Shown here piece by piece: positions 58,232-64,000 of a DNA stretch of 64,000 nt (positions are counted from its first letter, which is position 1; each line of letters begins with the position of its first letter). Under the pieces are notes generated by a model. It did no database searches, had not been told where the DNA came from, and saw only the letters and a list, made by a program, of their open reading frames with translations. The translations under genes and the position numbers were made by a program. The stretch is from positions 1-64,000 of the IMG/VR virus record IMGVR_UViG_3300046531_000318, one strand, 5' to 3'. Origin of the DNA: a virus. Lineage: Duplodnaviria > Caudoviricetes.

Positions 58232-59716
58232 ATGCAAATCGATATCCGTAAGCCTGGCATTCAGGTGTTGCTCTACAAGAACGTCTCGCGCAAGACGGTG
58301 AACGGCACAACGCCCGTATCGGCTCGCTACGCGGGCCAGTCGAGCGTGGTCGACCTCACGCCGTTCCTGTCTGAGGCGAACCCCGTACGCGTGTCCAAAT
58401 CGGTACGGGAGCCGGCTGGCGCGTTCTCCATCGCACTCGCCGATCAGGTGGACGCAGACGTGCTCGACTCGCTCTACGCCGTAATCGAGCCGATGGACGC
58501 GATCGCTATCCGCCTGTCAGGCATCGGCTACTCGCCGCTCGGTAACAGCCTGCCGATCATGATGCGCGGCTTTGTATCGCAAGTGCAGCGGATGCAGGGC
58601 ATGTCTGCTGATGGGAAGCCCACGCGGCTCGTGCAGATCACCGGGCACGACTACGGGAAGATCCTGCAAATGATGCAGATCTTCTTCATGCCGAACGCGC
58701 CCGAGGACGCTTCGGCCATGATCACCAGCTTCCCGTTCTTCGCGAAGTTCGGCGGGTTTGATAACGTCCTCGAGGCGGGCAAGTTCACGCAGACCGTGTT
58801 CGACAAGGTAGTCAATCCGTACCTGTCGAACATGATGTTGAACGCGGCGAGCGCGGACGCTGTGATGCAGATCGCGACGGACATTCAGGTGACCGGCGCG
58901 CAGGTGTCGCCCTTCGGCGTTGGCACGTTCAACGGCGGCAACGTCCATGCGCTGATCAGCTCGTACGGCGATATCGGCGCCTGGAACGAGTTCTTCATTG
59001 AGGATCGCGAGGCGGGCCCGTACGCGGTGTATCGACCGAACCCCTTCATGGATCCGGTCACGTACGAATATCTGATGAGCGGCGTGACCGCGCCGACCGT
59101 CGTTGATATCGACTCCCGCGACGTGGTCAGCATGACTGCCTCGCGCACCGACGCGAACGTGGCTAACTACTTTTGGGCGGACAGCCCGCGCTTCCTGATC
59201 AACTACGATTCCACCGCCCGGATGATGGCGTTCGCCTCGGCAGGCACCAACGACAGCGCGCCGTTTTATGTCACGGACTACGGCAACGTTGACCCCGCGC
59301 TTTATGGCGTTCGCAAGCTCGAGGAGTCCACCAATCAGGCCGGCACCGACGAGTCGAACAACGGCAACGGCACGCAGTATGGGCCTTCGCGCAACGCCTC
59401 CATGAACGGCGCGCTGACGTGGATCAACAGCCGCCGCGCGCAGCTGTACGCGCTCAACAAGGATAACGTCGTGCTCGAGACGGGATCCATGCGCCTGAAG
59501 GGCAATGAGGCGATCAAGGCTGGCGTCTATCTGCGGCTGACCCACGGGACGATGCGCTCGTACCACTACGTGGTGAGCGTCGTGCACGATTACACGCCAT
59601 TCGGGGCGTATTTCACCGAGGTCCAGTTTGAACGCGGCACCGGGTTCGTTGACCGGATCCAGAACGCGGCCGGCCAACAGGCACCGTATTACAGCGAAAT
59701 GGTGACGAAGTCATGA
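58232..59716 (+). CDS. Baseplate hub protein
   Basis: Position; MRGFVS.V, ITG.DYGK, YV.SV.H. Confidence 0.7.
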   Translation: MQIDIRKPGIQVLLYKNVSRKTVNGTTPVSARYAGQSSVVDLTPFLSEANPVRVSKSVREPAGAFSIALADQVDADVLDSLYAVIEPMDAIAIRLSGIGYSPLGNSLPIMMRGFVSQVQRMQGMSADGKPTRLVQITGHDYGKILQMMQIFFMPNAPEDASAMITSFPFFAKFGGFDNVLEAGKFTQTVFDKVVNPYLSNMMLNAASADAVMQIATDIQVTGAQVSPFGVGTFNGGNVHALISSYGDIGAWNEFFIEDREAGPYAVYRPNPFMDPVTYEYLMSGVTAPTVVDIDSRDVVSMTASRTDANVANYFWADSPRFLINYDSTARMMAFASAGTNDSAPFYVTDYGNVDPALYGVRKLEESTNQAGTDESNNGNGTQYGPSRNASMNGALTWINSRRAQLYALNKDNVVLETGSMRLKGNEAIKAGVYLRLTHGTMRSYHYVVSVVHDYTPFGAYFTEVQFERGTGFVDRIQNAAGQQAPYYSEMVTKS

Positions 59717-60591
59717 GCGTGCTTGAACTTGGGCGCGTAGTCGCCGCCTACCCGCAGGGAAACTCCATTGACGTGCTGCTCGACAATGGCTCGCGCCTGG
59801 CAAATGTGCAGGTGATGTCTGACGATGGCAGCGACGCGTCGGGCAGCACGCACATTCCGGACGTCGGCGGCCCGGCCGACGATACGCGCTGGTCCCACAC
59901 CGCAGCGTTCGCGCGCACCGTGCGTGCTGTGGTGGGTTTCATTCGTGGTGCGCCGGTGTGCCTCGGCTTCCTGCAGCCGCAGGTGACGCAGATGACCTTC
60001 AACGAGAAAAACCGCAAGGTCACGCGGCACCCGTCGGATGTCTACACGTCGATCGATGACGCGGGGAACTTCGAGCTTTTTCACCCGAGCGGCACGTATC
60101 TGCGCATCGGCTCGACGCCTTCGCATGAGGATCTGACCGGAAAAGACTTCGACGGAATGTGGAAGATCGCGCGCAACACCGGCGCCGCGCCGCATGTGCA
60201 TCTTGGCGTGTCGAACGCTGGCGCGTCGGTCGCGAGCCTGGACTTTGACCCGAGCGGAAACGTCACCCTTCAGAACAGCGGCAACCTGGCGGCGACGGTG
60301 GGCGGCACCACAAACGTGACTTCCGCCGGCGCGGCGACAGTGAAAGCGCCGGCAGTGACGGTCGACTCGCCGTCCACCACCTTTACGGGGGCGGTGACAG
60401 TGGAGGGCGCTTTCACCTTCCAATCGGGTATGACGGGCTCGGCTGGCTCGAGTGGTGGTGCCACGATGACCATTGACGGCGCGGCCGACTTCACCGGCGA
60501 AGTGACGGCAAATGGCGTCAAGGTTTCCGGCCACAAGCACGGCGGCGTCCAGTCTGGCAGCAGCGAAACGGATCCGCCGATCGCCGGCTAG
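59713..60591 (+). CDS. Baseplate spike (gpV/gp45-like)
   Basis: HPSG beta repeats and terminal H-K-H metal-binding apex. Confidence 0.85.
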   Translation: MSVLELGRVVAAYPQGNSIDVLLDNGSRLANVQVMSDDGSDASGSTHIPDVGGPADDTRWSHTAAFARTVRAVVGFIRGAPVCLGFLQPQVTQMTFNEKNRKVTRHPSDVYTSIDDAGNFELFHPSGTYLRIGSTPSHEDLTGKDFDGMWKIARNTGAAPHVHLGVSNAGASVASLDFDPSGNVTLQNSGNLAATVGGTTNVTSAGAATVKAPAVTVDSPSTTFTGAVTVEGAFTFQSGMTGSAGSSGGATMTIDGAADFTGEVTANGVKVSGHKHGGVQSGSSETDPPIAG

Positions 60592-60956
60592 TAGGGGCGG
60601 GCTTCGGGGTCGCCTGCAAAGACTCCGCGACCGCCTGCCGCGATGCAGGCGTTACCCATCTCCACTGCGCCGCTGTCGTCCTTGCTGGTGGGACACACCT
60701 CCGCCAGATTACCGGGGTGGTCCCGCAAGGGACGCCAGCATCCGGAGTTGTAGCCGTAGGGGTGATGGTAGACCGCGTAGTGCCATTCCTTCGAGATGCC
60801 GGGCACGTCGCACGCTTTCTTGTAAAAGAGGATACGCATGCCGGGTTCCTCGCTGTATGCGAAGGGCGCGGCGCTGGCTTTTGCATGCACTACAGGCCCG
60901 GCGTGCGCAGCCATTCCAAAGGTGGCAAGCAACGCCATAAAGACGGTCTTTTTCAT
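60588..60956 (-). CDS. Small secreted 4-Cys protein inserted in the baseplate operon
   Basis: Signal peptide MKKTVFMALLATFGMAAHA; TATACT -10 on the minus strand at 60990-95. Confidence 0.6.
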   Translation of the reverse strand: MKKTVFMALLATFGMAAHAGPVVHAKASAAPFAYSEEPGMRILFYKKACDVPGISKEWHYAVYHHPYGYNSGCWRPLRDHPGNLAEVCPTSKDDSGAVEMGNACIAAGGRGVFAGDPEARPY

Positions 60957-61025
60957 CTAAAACCCCGGTTATTCAGACAAAACGCGCAGAGTATAGCGCG
61001 CGGGTCGTGACGCCATGCTCGCAGC

Positions 61026-62213
61026 ATGACGATCTCCCTTTCCTCGCTGCAAGTCTCGCCTCTGTCGTCGGTCTTTGCGCCGGCGAGCCAGAAGGCGGGC
61101 GACCGGCCGATCAGCTTTGTGCTTACCGACAATGCCACGGGCGGCGGCTCGGTGACGAGCATGTCGTTGAATATCCGGCCGGAAGAGCTCACGCGCACGG
61201 AAATGTCGCGCGTGTCGGTGCAACAGACGCTAGGCGGGGCGTGGGCTGACGACTTTGGGCCCGGGCTTGCGCAGATCAATATTTCCGGCCACACCGGCTG
61301 GCGCGGATCCGTATCGTCGGACGGCATGGACCTTTTCGCCCAGCTAAAAAAGCTGGTCTACACGGACTGGCATGCCGCTCGCAACGCGGCGCGCGCAGCA
61401 GGCGTGGACCCCGGTGGCGTCTCCCTGACCTTCGCCGATGCGCTCGACTCGACCACGGACGTGGTTATCCCCATGTCGTTCGTGCTGCGCCGTTCAAAGT
61501 CGCGCCCGCTGCTGATGCAGTATCAGATTGCGATGATGACCACGGGCCTGCCGATCCCGGCGACGACGGCCTCGAGCGCGTTCGCGTCTGCGCTCAGTGC
61601 GCTCGGGCTCGATTCACTCGCGAAGGCCGTCACCTCGCTTACCAAGACGATCAGCAACATCGCGTCGTGGGTGAACACGAACATTGTTGCTCCGGTGAAA
61701 GCGTTTGTAAGTCTCGCCGTGAACGCGTTTAACGCCGTCGTGGGCGTAATCAACTCGGCCACCGCCATCGTGTCGAACGTCTTAAGCACCGCGCAGTCGA
61801 TCGCGCGCGCCGGGATGCAGGTGATGCAGACGCTCTCGAGCATCGCCAGTCTGCCGACGGCAATCAAGGCGCAGATCATGGCCACGGCCGGGCAGTTTTC
61901 CAACGTCTATTGCGTGCTGAAGAACGCGGTCGCGAAAACGAACACCTATCCGGACTACTCGACGCTGCTCGGCGCGAGCAACTGCTCATCGACGGCGGGC
62001 GGCTCTGCGGCGAGCATCTACACGACGAGCGGGACGAACCCGTTCAACGACGTCATCGGCAAGCCGGCCGCGCCTGTCATCACCGCGACCGCGGACGCTG
62101 TGACTGCTCTGCAAACGATCAATAACACGGACCCGGTCCTCTCGCCGATGTCGACCACGGCAATCGCGGCGAACCTGAAGGTCATCAATTCCGGCGTGAC
62201 GGTGAAAGCATGA
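61026..62213 (+). CDS. Baseplate/tube initiator protein
   Basis: PEEL...R..VQQTLGG.W.DDFG.G...I.ISG.TG. Confidence 0.7.
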   Translation: MTISLSSLQVSPLSSVFAPASQKAGDRPISFVLTDNATGGGSVTSMSLNIRPEELTRTEMSRVSVQQTLGGAWADDFGPGLAQINISGHTGWRGSVSSDGMDLFAQLKKLVYTDWHAARNAARAAGVDPGGVSLTFADALDSTTDVVIPMSFVLRRSKSRPLLMQYQIAMMTTGLPIPATTASSAFASALSALGLDSLAKAVTSLTKTISNIASWVNTNIVAPVKAFVSLAVNAFNAVVGVINSATAIVSNVLSTAQSIARAGMQVMQTLSSIASLPTAIKAQIMATAGQFSNVYCVLKNAVAKTNTYPDYSTLLGASNCSSTAGGSAASIYTTSGTNPFNDVIGKPAAPVITATADAVTALQTINNTDPVLSPMSTTAIAANLKVINSGVTVKA

Positions 62214-62827
62214 GCATTTTCGATAAGGAACTGGTCGGTTATCGCTTCGTCCTTTCGCGCTATGGCGACACGCTGCAACGCGTGGCGCTGCGCGAGTTGG
62301 GCGACGCGTCGAAGTGGACCACGCTCGTTGCGCTGAATAACCTTCAGCCGCCGTACCTGACCGACGACCCGACCGAGGCGTCGGATTACGTCATCCTCAA
62401 CGGCACGACGCATATCGTGCTTCCGGCCACCAGCGCCGCGTCGGCGCAGCCGGATCCGTCGACGGTTTTCGGCACCGACATGCTGCTTACGGCCGACGGC
62501 TTCCTGTCCGTTACGGGTGGCGACTTCGACACCGTCTCCGGTGTGGCGAACCTCAAGCAGGCGCTAAAAAATGCGCTCGCGACCGACCAGAACGAACTCC
62601 TGTATCACCCGACGTACGGCACGCTCATCCGGCGAATCCTCGGTAAGGTCGTCGGGCCGACGTCGCAGCAGCTGGCGGCGGAATACGCAAAGAGCACAGT
62701 TGCCGCCGACGCCCGAATCAAGAATGTGGAAAGCGCGACCGCCTCGTCGGTGGGCGACTCCATCACTGTGACCGTCGCCGCGCAGCCGGTTATCGGAGAG
62801 GCCGTCACGGCAAGCACGACCACTTAA
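62210..62827 (+). CDS. LysM + gp25-like baseplate wedge protein
   Basis: GDTLQRVA.RELGD..KW..L..LN; G..NLKQA...HP.YG..DARI. Confidence 0.8.
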   Translation: MSIFDKELVGYRFVLSRYGDTLQRVALRELGDASKWTTLVALNNLQPPYLTDDPTEASDYVILNGTTHIVLPATSAASAQPDPSTVFGTDMLLTADGFLSVTGGDFDTVSGVANLKQALKNALATDQNELLYHPTYGTLIRRILGKVVGPTSQQLAAEYAKSTVAADARIKNVESATASSVGDSITVTVAAQPVIGEAVTASTTT

Positions 62828-62887
62828 GCGCCGCGCGCGGTGTCGTGACGCGACCATGCCCACAAAGGATTCTTCAGAGGTGGGCCG

Positions 62888-64000
62888 GTGGCGAGCTTTC
62901 AGTTAAAAAACTTCGTGAGCATCTGTGCTTCCATGCTGAACCGCATGAAGGCCACTCAAACGACCATCACCGATTTCAACGTCGGCGCGGTGGGCCGCAC
63001 GCTGGTAGAAGCGCCCGCCATCGAGATTGAGGAGTTGTACCAGCAGGCTTTTAACATGGTCACCGCGGCCATTCCTGTGTCGGTCTACAACTCATTCAAC
63101 TTCGCCGCGCTGGCCGCACTCGCGGCGACTGGAACCATTCGCGTCAATATCACCGCGCAGTCCACGGTCACCCTTATTTCTGCCGGCACTCAGTTCCCGT
63201 CTACGTCCACCAGCACGGTCTATACGGCGGATTCAGATGTCTCAATTCCGGCGGGTAGCTCGTACGCTGACGTGGCCGTTACGGCGACCGTTACTGGCAC
63301 CGCGACGAATATCGCGGCCGGTGCGAGTTTCACGTCCACTCCGGCGATCACCGGGTTCGTCAGCGCGACGAATCTCTCCGCGTTCGTGAACGGGCGTGAT
63401 GCTGAAACCGACGCCGAGCGCCTGATCCGGTTCAACGCCTATATCTCGACGCTGCCACGCGGCACGAACGGTGGCATTGAATACGGCCTTTCAACGGTCA
63501 ACGTGACCGACAGCGCCGGCAACATCGGCGAGCAGGTAAAGCTCTACAAGGTGGTTGAGCCGTATCTGACTGACGCGACGCAGCCGATTGCGCTCGTCAA
63601 TGCCTACATTCATAACGGCGTCGGCAACACATCGAGCGCGCTTCTCGCGCAAGCCAAGCAGGTGATTGCTGGCTACACGAAAGCGGACGGCACAAAGGTG
63701 GCTGGCTACAAGGCCGCAGGCGTGCCGGTGAATATCTACATCGCAACCGAGGTGCCGCTGGCCGTCACAGGCGTGATTACGCTGTCGGATAGCGATACGT
63801 ACGACTTCGCCACCGTCTCGGCCGCCGTCCAGTCTGCGCTCTACACCTACCTGCAAGGGCTCGACATTAACGCTTCGGCGATCCGCTCGGAAATGGTCGC
63901 GCTGATCATGGCTGTCGATGGCGTCGCAGATGTGACCCTGACGGCGCCGGTGGGGAACACCGCAGTGACGACCGGACAGAAGATCATGCCCGGCACGTTC
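62888..64000 (+). CDS. Baseplate J protein (partial, runs off window end)
   Basis: Manual translation MASFQLKNFVSI..ITDFNVG.V.RTLVEA...NG.DAETD.ER..RF..YI.TL.RGT; not in the ORF track. Confidence 0.85.
   Translation, partial: MASFQLKNFVSICASMLNRMKATQTTITDFNVGAVGRTLVEAPAIEIEELYQQAFNMVTAAIPVSVYNSFNFAALAALAATGTIRVNITAQSTVTLISAGTQFPSTSTSTVYTADSDVSIPAGSSYADVAVTATVTGTATNIAAGASFTSTPAITGFVSATNLSAFVNGRDAETDAERLIRFNAYISTLPRGTNGGIEYGLSTVNVTDSAGNIGEQVKLYKVVEPYLTDATQPIALVNAYIHNGVGNTSSALLAQAKQVIAGYTKADGTKVAGYKAAGVPVNIYIATEVPLAVTGVITLSDSDTYDFATVSAAVQSALYTYLQGLDINASAIRSEMVALIMAVDGVADVTLTAPVGNTAVTTGQKIMPGTF

Larger units (their letters stand above)
1..64000. mobile_element. Temperate myophage (prophage/phage-plasmid) spanning the entire window
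   Basis: Recombinases, terminase, portal, protease, capsid, sheath, tube, tape measure and baseplate genes are present. No host housekeeping operon is recognisable. Confidence 0.95.

Noticed and set aside
52487-64000. eCIS/tailocin/T6SS interpretation
   Set aside because: Terminase, portal, protease and capsid genes are present, so this is a full phage tail.

Overview
The whole window is part of a large temperate myovirus (prophage or phage-plasmid). It is GC-rich; a Burkholderiales-type host is my inference from composition and gene content. It starts inside a large serine recombinase gene (minus strand, absent from the ORF track) and ends inside the baseplate J gene. Left to right it holds: early small-ORF operons; a small terminase candidate; a serine resolvase with res-like repeats; a C5 DNA methyltransferase with a nested +1-frame gene; a ParB-fused N6/N4 methyltransferase; a Ser/Thr phosphatase; a multidomain Tad2(DUF2829)-like protein; three polyvalent proteins sharing an N-terminal 'LFLKA...YTRxDG' tag and carrying WGR, kinase-like, ADP-ribosyltransferase and Nudix domains; a three-gene secreted-protein operon; a large terminase with two ATPase modules; a NARP1-like NAD-reconstitution pair split by a homing endonuclease; RtcB; and a head/contractile-tail module with a Herelleviridae-like capsid protein. 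Non-coding signals read directly from the sequence are a late-promoter motif (TCGTGAC-N2-NANNNT, about 15 copies, several apparently leaderless), a TCTGC-N7-GCAGA operator family and a +1 frameshift site in the tail chaperone. At protein level a recurring phi-x-K-[S/A] motif looks like the prohead-protease site. The best candidate for an undescribed system is the capsid-addressed kinase/ART/WGR/Nudix cargo cassette (18.4-25.8 kb). The runner-up is the secreted fibre-like operon (27.4-29.3 kb). All family assignments come from motif recognition by eye, not database searches.
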